Source of the DNA: an uncultured Chloroflexia bacterium | GTDB taxonomy: Bacteria; Chloroflexota; Anaerolineae; CG2-30-64-16 | Length of the DNA stretch: 64,000 nucleotides | Assembly: GCA_963774265.1 (NCBI GenBank) | Contig: CAVZDU010000003.1 | Span: 416,001-480,000 of the forward strand | Direction: 5' to 3' | Part shown: positions 44,584 to 55,798 of the stretch, piece by piece | Position numbering within the stretch: the stretch's first letter is position 1 | Layout of the letters: the number at the start of each line of letters is the position of its first letter | Translations under genes and position numbers: made by a program | The notes under the pieces: generated by a model | What the model was told of the DNA's origin: nothing | What the model saw: only the letters and a program-made list of their open reading frames with translations | The model's database searches: none

Positions 44584-46172
44584 GCGCCGGCGGCGCCACG
44601 TGCCGGGCGCGGGCGCAGCGGTCCTGCGGACTTCGCAAGTCTCACAGGGATCGTTCCCAATGCCCGGCGCGTCCCCGGATGGCGGCTCGTATGGGGATCA
44701 GGCCCTCTGGCTGGCCTGCTCGCGGTCGCCCGCCTGCTTCCTCGACCGCTTCGGCCATGTCTACGATCCGCTGGCGCGCGGCTGGACGCGCTTCCGCCTC
44801 TGGCCGGCCCAGGTGCGGGCCCTGGAGCAGCTCGCGTCCCACCGCCTGGCCGTCGTCCTCAAGGCGCGCCAGCTCGGCATGTCGTGGCTGACGGTCGGTT
44901 TTGGGCTCTGGCAGATGCTCTTCCGCCCCGAAGCCACCGTGCTGCTCTTCTCGCAGCGCGACGATGAGGCGGTCCACCTGTTGACCTTCCGGCTGCGCGG
45001 CATGTACGACCGCTTGCCGCCCCTCTTCCAGGCGCGCACGGTCGTGCGCGACAACGCCCACGAGCTCCGCCTGTCCAACGGCTCGGCCGCGCTGGCGTTC
45101 CCGACCACCGGCGGCCGCTCCTACACCGCCTCGCTGGCGATCGTGGATGAGGCCGATCACACCGACGACCTCGACGGGCTGCTCAATGCGGTCAAGCCGA
45201 CCATCGACGCCGGCGGCCGGCTGGTGCTCCTGTCCACCGTCGACAAGTCCCGGCCCGAGTCGCCGCTCAAGCGGATCTACCGGGCCGCCGTGGCCGGCGA
45301 GAATGACTATACGCCGATCTTCCTGCCCTGGCACGCGCACCCCGGCCGCAGCCCCGCCTGGTACGCCGAGCAGGCGCGCGACATCCAGGCACGCACCGGC
45401 GGGCTGGATGACCTGCACCAGGAGTACCCGGCCACCGACCTGGAAGCGCTGGCCCCGCGCGCTGGACAAGTTCTTCCCGGCAGAATGGCTGAACCGATGC
45501 TACGAGCCATTGAAGATTGAGGGAAATCTGCAATCTTCGATTTTCAATCTTCAATCACTCACCGTCCACGTGCCGCCGCAGCCCGACCACCACTACGTGA
45601 TCGGCGCGGACCCGGCGGAGGGCAACCCGCAGAGCGATGAGAGCGCCGCGGTGGTGCTGGACTATGCCACCGGCGAGCAGGTGGCGACGATGGGGCTGCG
45701 CTGCGATCCGGAGATGTTCGCCGTACACCTGGACCGCCTGGCCGCGGCCTATGCAAGCCTCGCCGAGCACGGCGGCGAAGCCGAAATCATGGTCGAGCGT
45801 AACAACCACGGCCATGCCGTGATCCTTGCGCTGCGCCAGCTCGGCGCACTGCTGCTGCGCGGGTTGGATGGCGAACGCGGCTGGACCACCACCGGCTCCA
45901 GCAAACACCAGCTGTTTGATTGGGCGGCGAAGGACATCCGCGAAGGCGGGCTGAAACTGCACGATGAGACCACCTACTGGCAGCTCACCTCGATCGACGG
46001 CGCCACGCTGGCTGCGCCGCCGGGGCAACACGACGACCGGGCGATGGCGTGCGTGCTGGCGCTCGAAGCCCTGCGCAGGGCGGGCGGACCGAACCGGGTC
46101 CTGTCGCTCATGATCCCGGGGGTGGACCCGATAGAGGTGGCCGACCGAACCCCGTGGGGAGAGAAGTGGTAG
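44558..46172 (+). CDS. terL: Terminase large subunit (frameshift near 45460)
   Basis: LWPAQ (Q motif), KARQLGMSW (Walker A), IVDEA (Walker B), IGADPAEG, VERNNHG, HDDRAMA (RNase H-like nuclease). Confidence 0.88.
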
Positions 46173-46316
46173 AGGGCGTTCTCAGTGCTGGGATAGTGTC
46201 ACATTTGTGATTTTATTGTAACTATGATAGGCTCTGCCGCGCAAAGGAGAATCGTCGGCGCGACGGCGGCTCGTGCAACCGCATAGCGCGTGTGTTACGC
46301 AGAAGGAGCGCTTGCG

Positions 46317-48377
46317 ATGTCATTGACGCGACGTGCCATTGGCTTCCGGGCCGTGGCTGCGGTGCTGGTTGTCGCGGCCCTGTGTGTCACCGCCTGCTCC
46401 GCGCCCGCCACTCCTGTGCCATCCACACCAACACCGCGCGACTACTGGCCAACGGCCGGCTGGCAAACCGCGCCCGCCGGCCAGCACGGCTTGGACGAGG
46501 CGAAACTGGCGGCGCTCGAGCCGGAGATTGCTGCGGAATTGCCGTTCCTCAACAGTCTGCTGATCGTCCGTGACGGGCGTCTTGTGTACGAAACTTACTC
46601 AAACGGTCAGGACGCTGCGTCGCTGAACGAAATCCGGTCGGTGACCAAGAGCGTCACGTCGATGCTGGCCGGTATCGCGCAGGCACGCGGGGAGTTGGGT
46701 GGGCCGGACGTATCTTTGTCTCAGGTTGCGCCGACGCTTTTTGCCGGCTCCCAACACGCCGATAAGCAGAAGCTGACCCTACGCGAACTGCTCATGATGC
46801 GCTCTGGCGTGCAGTGGGATGACATCACCGCGGAGAAGTTGATCGCCGCCAACGGGGTACCTGCCTACCTGCAGCAGGACATTGTCGGTGTTGCCTTGGA
46901 TCAGCCCATGGTCCATAAGCCCGGAACCACCTGGAACTACAGCACGCTCGACACGCAGCTGGCCGCTGCGCTGCTCGAAAGCGCGACCGGACGGTCCTTG
47001 AAGGAGTATGCAGCCGAACGCCTTTTCGCACCGTTGGGCATCAGCACCTTTGACTGGCAAAGCGACCGTGTCGGCCATACGGTGGGCGGCGGCCAACTGC
47101 GCCTCACGGCGCGCGACATGGCAAAACTGGGCTACCTGTATCTGAACCGCGGCACGTGGGATGGGCGGCAGCTCGTCCCGCCCGACTGGGTCCGGCAGAC
47201 CACCACGCCCCAGGCGACCGGCGTCTATTCTGCGACCGGCCAGACGATACCGATCGATTGGTACGGGATGGGTTGGTGGACCTGGAAACCGCAGCTTTTC
47301 GGCGGCCAGCGCGCGATTGCCGCGCGGGGCTATGGCGGGCAAGGCATCATCTTGCTCCCGGATCAGGACATGATCATTGTAACGACCGCCGATTCGGTCG
47401 TGGCGCCCGAGCAAGCGAGTGCCCAGGACTCCCGAGTCTACGACCTGGTCAAAGATCGTGTGATACCGGCAATTGCCGACCTGCGTCCGCCCGATCCGTT
47501 CTGGGCGGTTCCGGCCTCGGCGTCGCCCCCGCACCCAGCTCTCTACCTGGCCGGCGCGGACGGCCGCGGCCAGCGCAGCATTTTGCAGGACCCGGAGTAC
47601 GGTTTCTGGGGTCCGTCATGGTCGCCTGACGGCAAGCAGATCGTGTTTTCCCGCATCATCCCTGCCGTGGAAATGCCGGGCAACCCTGTCGCCGAGCTGT
47701 TTATCGCCGACGCCGACGGCAAGAACGTGCGGCAGTTGACGAAGAGCGGTCGCAACAACTACCTGGTGGCCTGGGCGCCAGATGGACGCGCGCTGGCCTA
47801 CCTTTCCGGCAGTGGCGACGCAGCGGAAATCTACGCGAAGGATATCGAGAGCGGCCCGGAAACCCGGCTGACAACCAACTCAGCCCAGGAATACGGCATC
47901 ACCTGGTCGCCGGATGGGCAGAAGATCGCGTTCGGGACGAAGCGCGACGGTGATTGGGGCATCTACACGATGAATTCCGACGGCACGGGCCAGCAGCCTC
48001 TGCCCACTCCCGCCGCCGGCAATTCGCCCGCTTGGTCGCCGGACGGCCGCCACATTGCCTTTATGTCGGAGCGTAACGGCGATGCTGAGATATTCGTGAT
48101 GGACGCCGACGGTGGCAACCAGCGCCTCGTGCTCGGGGGTGATGGGTGGGATTATCTGCCGGCCTGGTCACCGGATGGCAGGCGCATTGCATTCTCGTCG
48201 ACGCGCGGCGGCGACGCCGCAGTCTACGTTGCGGCGGCCGATGGCAGCGGCGTTGCCAGGGTCAGCAGTCGTGACCTCGTCGCAGAATTCGAATCCTGGT
48301 CACCTGATGCGACACGGCTGGTATTTCACGCGACTCCGAAACCGAAGGGCGGCCTTTTCGGATTGTTCGGCCGCTGA
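46317..48377 (+). CDS. Lipoprotein: class C beta-lactamase-like serine hydrolase fused to a TolB/PD40 beta-propeller
   Basis: Lipobox VTAC; SVTK, YST, ARGYGGQ; seven W(S/A)PD repeats. Confidence 0.88.
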   Translation: MSLTRRAIGFRAVAAVLVVAALCVTACSAPATPVPSTPTPRDYWPTAGWQTAPAGQHGLDEAKLAALEPEIAAELPFLNSLLIVRDGRLVYETYSNGQDAASLNEIRSVTKSVTSMLAGIAQARGELGGPDVSLSQVAPTLFAGSQHADKQKLTLRELLMMRSGVQWDDITAEKLIAANGVPAYLQQDIVGVALDQPMVHKPGTTWNYSTLDTQLAAALLESATGRSLKEYAAERLFAPLGISTFDWQSDRVGHTVGGGQLRLTARDMAKLGYLYLNRGTWDGRQLVPPDWVRQTTTPQATGVYSATGQTIPIDWYGMGWWTWKPQLFGGQRAIAARGYGGQGIILLPDQDMIIVTTADSVVAPEQASAQDSRVYDLVKDRVIPAIADLRPPDPFWAVPASASPPHPALYLAGADGRGQRSILQDPEYGFWGPSWSPDGKQIVFSRIIPAVEMPGNPVAELFIADADGKNVRQLTKSGRNNYLVAWAPDGRALAYLSGSGDAAEIYAKDIESGPETRLTTNSAQEYGITWSPDGQKIAFGTKRDGDWGIYTMNSDGTGQQPLPTPAAGNSPAWSPDGRHIAFMSERNGDAEIFVMDADGGNQRLVLGGDGWDYLPAWSPDGRRIAFSSTRGGDAAVYVAAADGSGVARVSSRDLVAEFESWSPDATRLVFHATPKPKGGLFGLFGR

Positions 48378-48418
48378 ACAGGGGGATGGCCCCGGTACTC
48401 GCAAGGAAGATCGACACG

Positions 48419-51378
48419 ATGCCTGACATCTTTGTAGGACGTGAACGAGAACTGCGGGCGCTGGCGGGTTTTCTCGAGCGCACGCTGGCGGGACAGGCCC
48501 AGGTCGCCTTTGTCGCGGGCGAAGCCGGTGTCGGGCAAATCCTCTCTCGTCGACGAGTTCGTGCGCCGCGCCGAGGAGGCGAACCCAGACGTCATCGCGG
48601 CCACCGGCGAGTGCAACGCGCAGACCGGCGCGGGCGATCCGTACCTGCCGTTTCGCCAGGTGCTGGCCGAACTCACCGGCGCCGGCGACTCGAAACGGAC
48701 GGGCGGCGGGTTCGCCGCGACCAATGCCTCGCGCCTCAAGGAGTTCGTGCGCGTCTCGGGCGAGACCCTGCTCTCGGTCGGCCCGGACCTGATCGGGGTT
48801 TTTGTCCCCGGCGCGGCGCTCCTGGCCAAGCTCGCGACCACCGTCGCCAAGCAGAGCAAGCTGGCCGACACGTTGGCCGAGCGGGTGAAGGCCGGCCGGG
48901 GCGGCGCCGCCGACCCGTCCCTGGACCAAGAGAGGATCTTCGAGCAGTACGCGCAGGTGTTGGCCGCCCTCAGCCGGCAGCGGCCGCTCATCCTGATCCT
49001 CGACGACCTCCACTGGGCGGACAGCGCCTCGCTGAGTCTGCTGTTCCACCTCCAGCGTCAACTGGCCGGACAGCCGCGTGCTGATCGTGGGCACCTATCG
49101 CCCCGACGACATCGCATTAGGCCGTATTTCGGCGACATCGGGACGAGTCGAGCGCCATCCGTTCGAGCCCATCCTCAACGAGATCAAGCGGTATGCGGGC
49201 GATGTGGTGATTGACCTCGGCGCCGCGCAGATCGATGAGGGCCGGGCGCTCGTCGACGCGCTGGTGGATGCCGAGCCTAACCGGCTCGACGCGGGCTTCC
49301 GCCAGGAGTTGTATGCTCGCACCGAAGGCCACCCGCTCTTCACGGTCGAACTACTGCGCACCCTCGAGGAGCGCGGCGACCTGATCAAAGATGCCGGCGG
49401 GCGTTGGGTGCAAGCTGCATCGCTGGATTGGGAGACCCTGCCCGCCCGCGTGGAAGGTGTGATTGCGGAACGACTTGCCCGGCTGACGGACGAAGCGCGC
49501 GAGACGTTGACCGTCGGCAGCGTGATGGGTCGCGAGTTCGCCGCCCAGGTCATCGCCCAGGTGCAGGATGCGCCGGAGCGCGAGGTGGTCAAGCTGCTCG
49601 CACGCGATTTGGAGAATCGGCATCACCTGGTGTCGGAGACGGGCGAAGTGCGTATCGGCAAACGTTTTCTGTCCTGGTATCGCTTTGCGCACGCGCTGTT
49701 CCAGCAATACCTCTACGATGAGTTGAGCGCGGGTGAGCGCCGCCTGTTGCACGGTGATGTCGGCAGGGTGCTCGAGACCTGGTATGCGGATCGCACCGGC
49801 GAGATTTCGGCGCAGCTGGCGCAGCATTTTCAGGAGGCGGGCGAGGATGAGAAGGCGGTCGCGTATCTGATCCAGGCGGGCGACGCCGCGTTCGGGGCCT
49901 ACGCTCAAGCCGAAGCGGCAGCTTATTACTCGCGCGCACTCGAGCTGGAGCGGTCGGGCGCGGCCACGGACGCCCAACACCTACACCTCTACACGCGGCG
50001 CGGCCGTGCGCTGGAACTATCGGAGCACTACGACCTGGCGTTGGCGAACTATGAAGAGATGCAGGCGTTGGCGCAGGCGCGTCGCGATCGCAGCCTCGAG
50101 TTGGAGGCGCTCATGTTGCGCGCGCTCGCCTACGCTGTCGGGTCGCGCGTGTGGGACTTGGACAAAGCGCAGGCCCTGGCACTCGATGCGCTCGCGCTGG
50201 CAGGTGACCTGGGCGATCGTGCCGCCGAAGCCAGGGTTCATTGGATTCTGCTCCTGGTCAATCGCTTCGGCAACGAGGGCGCAGCGAAAGCGGTCGAGTA
50301 CGGCGAGCGATCGCTGGCGCTGGCGCGCGAATTCGGGCCGAAGCAGCAGCTGGCGTTCACACTGAAGGATCTGGCGGTTGCATACGTCATGGTCTCGCGC
50401 TTCGCTGAGGCGCGGGCCATTTTGCCTGAAGCGATCAGCCTCTGGCGCGAGTTGGACAACAAGCCGATGCTGGCCGAAGCCCTTGGTGGGCAAGCCGCCC
50501 AGAGTTTTGGCTCTGGCGACTTCGACGAGGCCGTCCATGCGGGTGAAGAATCTTATGCGCTCAATCAAAGTATCCGCAATCGCTTCGGGCTGGTGATCAC
50601 CGCGAGCTTTGGCTGTTTGGCGTATGAGGAGCTTGGTCAGATGGACATGGCGATTCGGCGAGCCCAGGAGGCGGTCGCCATCGGTGAGGAACTGGGTCTC
50701 CGTGCGGGGCCGCATTGGGCGGTGCTTGTCGAACTGGCAGCCATGGTTGGCTTCTTGGGCGATTTCGCGCGGGCCATCGAGTACGCCGAGCGTGCGATCG
50801 CGACGAGCGCCCCTGAAATACCCGCTCGGGTGATGTATCCGAAAGCGGTTCTGGCCAGTCTGTATCTGCAACGGGGTCAGCGCGCCGAGGCGGAAGCGTT
50901 GCTGGCGTCCGCTGAGGCCATGCCGGTTGAAGGCTTCCTGGAAGCCACTGGTGCTGTGTCCGCTCAACCTGTGTTCGCGCACGCCGAACTTGCGCTCGCG
51001 CAAAACGATCCGGAGCGCGCGCTGACGCTGATGGACGATGTGATCGAGTCGGTGGGCCGCATCGGAACTCTGGTCCTATTGCCGCCAGCACACCATTTGC
51101 GGGCCAAGGCGCTGTGGGCGCTCGGTCGCCCAGACGAAGCACGCGCGGTGCTGCAGGATGCGCGCGTCCGGGCCGAGGCGATGCAGGCGCGTTATCGCCT
51201 GTTGCCGATCCTCATGACCCTGCGCGAGTTGGAGCTCGAGCTCGGTCGCCCGGCGGAGGCGGAGGCCGTCCGCATCGAAGCGCGGGAGGTTGCCGCGTAC
51301 ATCGCGGAGCACTCCCCGGACGATTTGCGCCCATTGTTTCTCAGCTTGCCGGCGGTGCGCGCTGTGATGGGCGCCTAA
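48419..51378 (+). CDS. STAND-like AAA ATPase (AAA_16) with TPR domain (two frameshifts)
   Basis: FVGREREL, GEAGVGKS, LILDDLHWAD, GHPLF, YRFAHAL; TPRs. Confidence 0.85.
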
Positions 51379-51433
51379 TCGTGGAACAGGGTCATCTGCC
51401 AGGAAGACATTCAGCCAAGCTATTGTCGCCCCT

Positions 51434-51620
51434 CTATGCACCCGGGATGCCGAGCATGGTGCGAACAACGGAGGCCAGCGGAGTCTGCTTCATGCCCGCG
51501 GCCCGGGCCGCCTCGATCAGGTTCCGGTTGCCCTGGCGATCCACCGTATCCACCTGATCCTCAGCGCCGCGCATCGCCGAGTTGGCGGTGATGATGACGG
51601 TCTCGATCCCAGCACAGGCC
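51434..51620 (-). pseudogene. Remnant of an NmrA/NAD(P)-binding SDR
   Basis: ACAGIETVIITANSAMRG..VDTVDRQGNRNLIEAARAAG joined directly to a C-terminal tail. Confidence 0.55.
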
Positions 51621-51654
51621 GGGCCGAGCGTTGCGCGCTCCTTTCTCCTTCCTC

Positions 51655-52326
51655 TTAACGCTCGCGACTTTCCAACACCCGGTCGAACGCGTCCTCCTCC
51701 AGAGCGGACAGCGTCGGTGCGGTCAAATCCGCCCGGAGGCTGGCGTGTCGTGGGCCGACGCCGATGCAGCGCATGCCCGCCCGCCGCGCGGCTTCGATGC
51801 CGGCCGGCGCATCTTCCACCACGATGCAGCGATAGACCGGTACGGCGAGCCGCTTTGCTGCGGTCAGGAACACCTCGGGGTCGGGCTTACCCCGCACCAC
51901 ATCCTCTGCAGTGATAACCGCCGTGAAGATGCTGGTGATGCCCAGCACCTCCAGGGTCGTATCCACGTTGAGGCGCGGGGCTGAGGTGGCCAGCGCCTGG
52001 CGCCATCCCCCGGCAGCCAGGCGGCCCAGCCACATCTCGACGCCCGGCAGCAGCTCGATCCCACGCTTGCGCACCAGCCGGCGGTAGCGCTCCTCTTTCG
52101 CGTCGCTGATGCGTGCGAGGTCGGCGCGGGCCACGGCTGGGCCAAGCCAGGCTGCCAGCGTGGCATCGTTGCGCTGCCCGAACGTTGCGTCGAACTGCTC
52201 CCGGCTGAGTGCGAAGCCTTCGCCGGCCAGCACCTCGCGCCACGCGAGCCAGTGCAGCTCGCGCGAGTCGAGGAGGGTGCCGTCAAGATCCCAGAGGACG
52301 GCCAGGGCTAAATGGGGTTGTGTCAT
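51655..52326 (-). CDS. HAD phosphatase (beta-phosphoglucomutase family)
   Basis: WDLDGTL, ATS, GKPDP, VVED..GI.AA. Confidence 0.9.
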   Translation of the reverse strand: MTQPHLALAVLWDLDGTLLDSRELHWLAWREVLAGEGFALSREQFDATFGQRNDATLAAWLGPAVARADLARISDAKEERYRRLVRKRGIELLPGVEMWLGRLAAGGWRQALATSAPRLNVDTTLEVLGITSIFTAVITAEDVVRGKPDPEVFLTAAKRLAVPVYRCIVVEDAPAGIEAARRAGMRCIGVGPRHASLRADLTAPTLSALEEDAFDRVLESRER

Positions 52327-52458
52327 CTATACCACCATGGATAGATTTCGGGTCCACGATCATCATACCCGCGACCCGTTGCCCGCACAACTCGATCTTG
52401 TCCGCGTTGTGTTACAATAGCCCACGCCATTGACGATACTTCAGGAGGATGACTTCGT

Positions 52459-54307
52459 GTGGAGCGCATGGGACCGACTGGAATGCCTGCCGCCGACCTT
52501 CACCGCCGCGTCCGGCAACTGCTGGCCGCTGAACTCCCTGCCCCCCGTTCGCTGATCGTGGAAGGCCGCGCCATCGCGGCCGATCTCACCCTGGGACGCT
52601 CCCTCTTCTGCGAGCAACTTGGCGTGTCCTCTGAGGCCGAATACAAGGCGCGCTGCAAGGCCGACGGGACCATCATGTATCATGCCCATATCGGCATGGA
52701 CTCCTGGCCCGCCACGGTCGACGCCCTCCACTACATCCACCAGGTGGCGCAGCACGAAGGCTATCGCCTCGACCGCGCAGGCATCTGCCTCGACCGGCGC
52801 ATGGCCCTACCCGAGGCGTTCCGCCACGGCATCCCGGCGGAGACCGGCCCCCTGATCACCACCCCTGCCGAATGGCGGGAGATCGGCCAGGTCGTCCCGA
52901 TCCAGCCTCACATGGGCGATTTCATGATCGGATTCCCGGCCGCAACCCTCAACACCATCTACGCGCTCCGGGCCGGCGTCACCACCATCGGCAACCTTTC
53001 GCAGTACTTCAGCCACGAAGCGCCCATGTGGAAGAATCCTGTGACGACGGTCGCGGAGACGGTGCGCGCGGATCGCGATCCTGGGCGCACGCCGGGAGGA
53101 TGGGTTGCTGCTCCACTCGTACCTGGAAGACGGGTTCGGCGCGCTCTTCTTCGATTGCGCAACCGTGGCCGGCTGGGCCTACCTGGAGCGCTACATCGTG
53201 GAGAACCTGCTCGGCGCCAGGCTCAGCCACTGCATCGGCGGCCTGACCACCGATCCGGTCAAGCGCGCGGGCTGGGTGTTCGCGCTGGACGAGATCCACG
53301 ATCACGATTGTCTCGGCTCGATGATCTACGGCGACACCATCTCGCTCACCCGGGATTTCCCGCGCAACTGGGCTATCGTGGGCGAGTACCTGCTTTGGGA
53401 CATCCTGGCCCAGCTCGAGTGTCCGACAGGCCACGCGGTGCACCCCTTGCCGATCACCGAGGCCATCCGCATCCCATCCGCGGAGGAGATCGCTGAGATC
53501 CAGACCTTCGGCCGCCAGGTCGAGCGGACCGCGCGCCGGATGCACGGGGCGGTGGACTTCGGGCCGGCGCGCGCGTTCGCGCGCCAGATGACGGCCGCGG
53601 GCAAGGAAGTTTGCGAGGCTGCGCTGGCTGGATTGGAGGATGCGGGCGTCGACGTGCGGAATCCTCTTCAGCTCCTGTATGTGCTCGAGGGCCTGGGCCC
53701 GGTCGAGTTCGAGCGGCAGTTCGGCATCGGAGAGCTGGACGAGGCGACCGGACGCCGGAGGCCTCTTGCGCCCACGGACATATGTGCGCGTTCGCTGTCG
53801 ATCATCGACGAGCATTTGCCCATTTTCACCGCCGATAAGATGCGCGGCCTGATGGGAAGGCGGAAGCTTCTGCTGGCCTCCACCGACGTCCATCAGCATG
53901 CCATATTCGTCCTGGAGGCGTTGCTGCGCGAGGCAGGCGCGGATGTGGTCAACCTGGGCCCCGAGCAGAACGCGGCCGATGTGGCCGAGGGCGCGGCGGC
54001 GCATGGCGTCGAAGCGATTCTGCTCAGCACACACAACGGGATGGCGCTCGAATATGCGCAGCGGTTGCAGTCGGAGTTGTCCCGTCGCGGGGTGGATGCC
54101 CCGGTGTTGATGGGCGGCGTCCTGAATCAGAAGCTGGCCGACCGGCCGCTCCCCGCGGATGTGACCCTGGACCTCAAGCGGCTGGGCATCCATACGGGCG
54201 CGCTCACGGATGGCAGCGTGGGGCGGCTGCTGCCCGCAAGAGGAGACGTCTCATCGCTGAACGATCCCTTGATCACCGCTTTCGTGGGAGACTGCACCTT
54301 TCAGTGA
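52459..54307 (+). CDS. Cobalamin-dependent mutase, 2-methyleneglutarate mutase-like (~615 aa; frameshift near 53070)
   Basis: C-terminal B12-binding domain (STDVHQHA..LG..STHNG..MGG); N-terminal blocks SEAEYK, HIG, TTIGNLSQY, YLEDG, GLT.DP and P.TE..RIP recall Eubacterium barkeri Mgm (from memory). Confidence 0.7.
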
Positions 54308-54309
54308 GC

Positions 54310-54795
54310 TTAGCCGCTGGTGAAGCGGTCCCGGAACACGTCGATCTGGCCGCAGTGCTCGCGCTTGTGTGCGTAGAAGCTATACACGATGTAGTCCTCC
54401 AGGTCGTAGTTATCGCCGTACCAGGGCAGGATGCCGTTCTGCCGCCAGGCGCCGGACGGGATCAGGTCAGCCAGCGCAGCCACCTGCTCGTACGCAGTCG
54501 TATACTCCGTCATCGCCTCGTCCATCGACATGGCCTTGCGCAACACGTCCACCTGCCGGTCGTTAAACGCCTGGCCATCACGGCTGATCTCATCGACAAG
54601 CGGCGTCGGGCAGGGTTCGATAATGTTTCCCAGAACCTCGACCAGGACCAATTCGTACGAAGACAGGTGCGCGACCAGATCCTTGACTGACCAGTATCCC
54701 AAGGCCTCCGGGATGGCAACCCTGTCCCGGGGGAAGCGTTCAACAGTCCGCATCACGGTCAGATGGCCATATTTCAGAACATCTCGTGGGTTCAT
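54310..54795 (-). CDS. DinB/mycothiol-dependent maleylpyruvate isomerase-like family protein
   Basis: WSVKDLVAHL, FN..V, HKREH..QI. Confidence 0.82.
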   Translation of the reverse strand: MNPRDVLKYGHLTVMRTVERFPRDRVAIPEALGYWSVKDLVAHLSSYELVLVEVLGNIIEPCPTPLVDEISRDGQAFNDRQVDVLRKAMSMDEAMTEYTTAYEQVAALADLIPSGAWRQNGILPWYGDNYDLEDYIVYSFYAHKREHCGQIDVFRDRFTSG

Positions 54796-54876
54796 TTCTA
54801 TCGGCCTTTCTCGCTGCCGGAGTAAAATGTCTGAGCGACAGGCGCCGGGCAGAGGCTTTGCGGCAGCTATCCAACT

Positions 54877-54898
54877 AAACGTAGCTTAAGATACGTTT
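54877..54898. promoter_or_regulatory. 22-bp near-perfect palindrome in a divergent intergenic region (putative operator)
   Basis: AAACGTAGCTTAAGATACGTTT, one mismatched pair. Confidence 0.5.
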
Positions 54899-55009
54899 TA
54901 CGGACGTAGCATCACTTCCAAACCCGCGACCGCGCGTCCTTTCATTCTGGCGCTTTGGGTGTACAATATCGCTCAATTGACGCCCGACACCACTGGGAGG
55001 TTCTCAACC

Positions 55010-55689
55010 ATGAGTCCTAAAAAAACCACAAAAGCGCAGCCGGTCGAGCCTGGTCGCGACCCCGAGCAAGCTGGCAGCCAGCCGCAAGGGAGCGGCGCCG
55101 AGGAGACGCGCCTGCTGGACCTCAACGCGCTGCTGAGCGGCCCGCCCCAAGGGGCAGGAGAGACAGGAGCTGCGCCGGGGACACCCCCTGCGGACCTGGG
55201 TGATCTGCTCACCGGGCTTTTGGGCGGCGGAGGCGAAGGCGCCGGGTTGGGACTCGATGGGATCGCAGAGCGCTCCGGGGTGTCCAGATCCGCGCTTTCG
55301 GCAGCCCTGCCCCTGGTGCTGGGCGCCCTGCTCAAACCCGGCAAGCAGCAGGCGGCCGGTGGCCTGGCCAGTCTCGCCGCGGCGGGAAGCCGGTCGATTC
55401 CGCATCGTTGGAGGCCACCGGTCTGCCGGAGGAGCTGGCAAAAAAGGCGGGCATCGACGGCAAGACCGCCATGACGATCATCCAGGCCGTCCTGAAGGCG
55501 TTGGGCGTAGGAAAGACGACCGCCAAGGCGAAACCCAAGAAGAAGCCGAAGACCACTGCCAAGCCCAAGGCGAAACCGAAGCCGAAGACTGCTGCCAAGC
55601 CTAAGGCAAAACCGAAGCCAAAGACCACCGCCAAGCCCAAAGCCACGGCGAAACCGAAATCGAAGACGACGAGCAGCGCGAAGAAGTAG
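55010..55689 (+). CDS. Hypothetical protein: DUF937-like helical repeats plus a histone H1-like K/P/A/T tail (one frameshift)
   Basis: IAERSGV..SAALPLVLG and LAKKAGID; tail of about four AKPKAKPKPKTT-like repeats. Confidence 0.65.
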
Positions 55690-55798
55690 CCGGCCAAGCC
55701 AGTCGCCAGCGCCAAGCGCCCAGGTAGTTTGACCGTGGCTCCGGCCGCCGGCTCAAGCACCTGGGCGCTACCCCGGCCAGGCGAGGACAGCGAGGAAC

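Noticed and set aside
46198-46210. TCACATTTGTGA as a CRP/FNR site
   Set aside because: Half-sites are in the wrong order and spacing for TGTGA-N6-TCACA; a short single palindrome.
40545-46300. att sites or an integrase bounding the primase-terminase module
   Set aside because: Only an 8-bp AGGAGAAT is shared by the two flanks, which is chance level; no recombinase or tRNA target seen.
46317-48377. Antibiotic-resistance beta-lactamase
   Set aside because: The SxxK/YxT family includes many esterases and amidases; nothing here indicates beta-lactam specificity.
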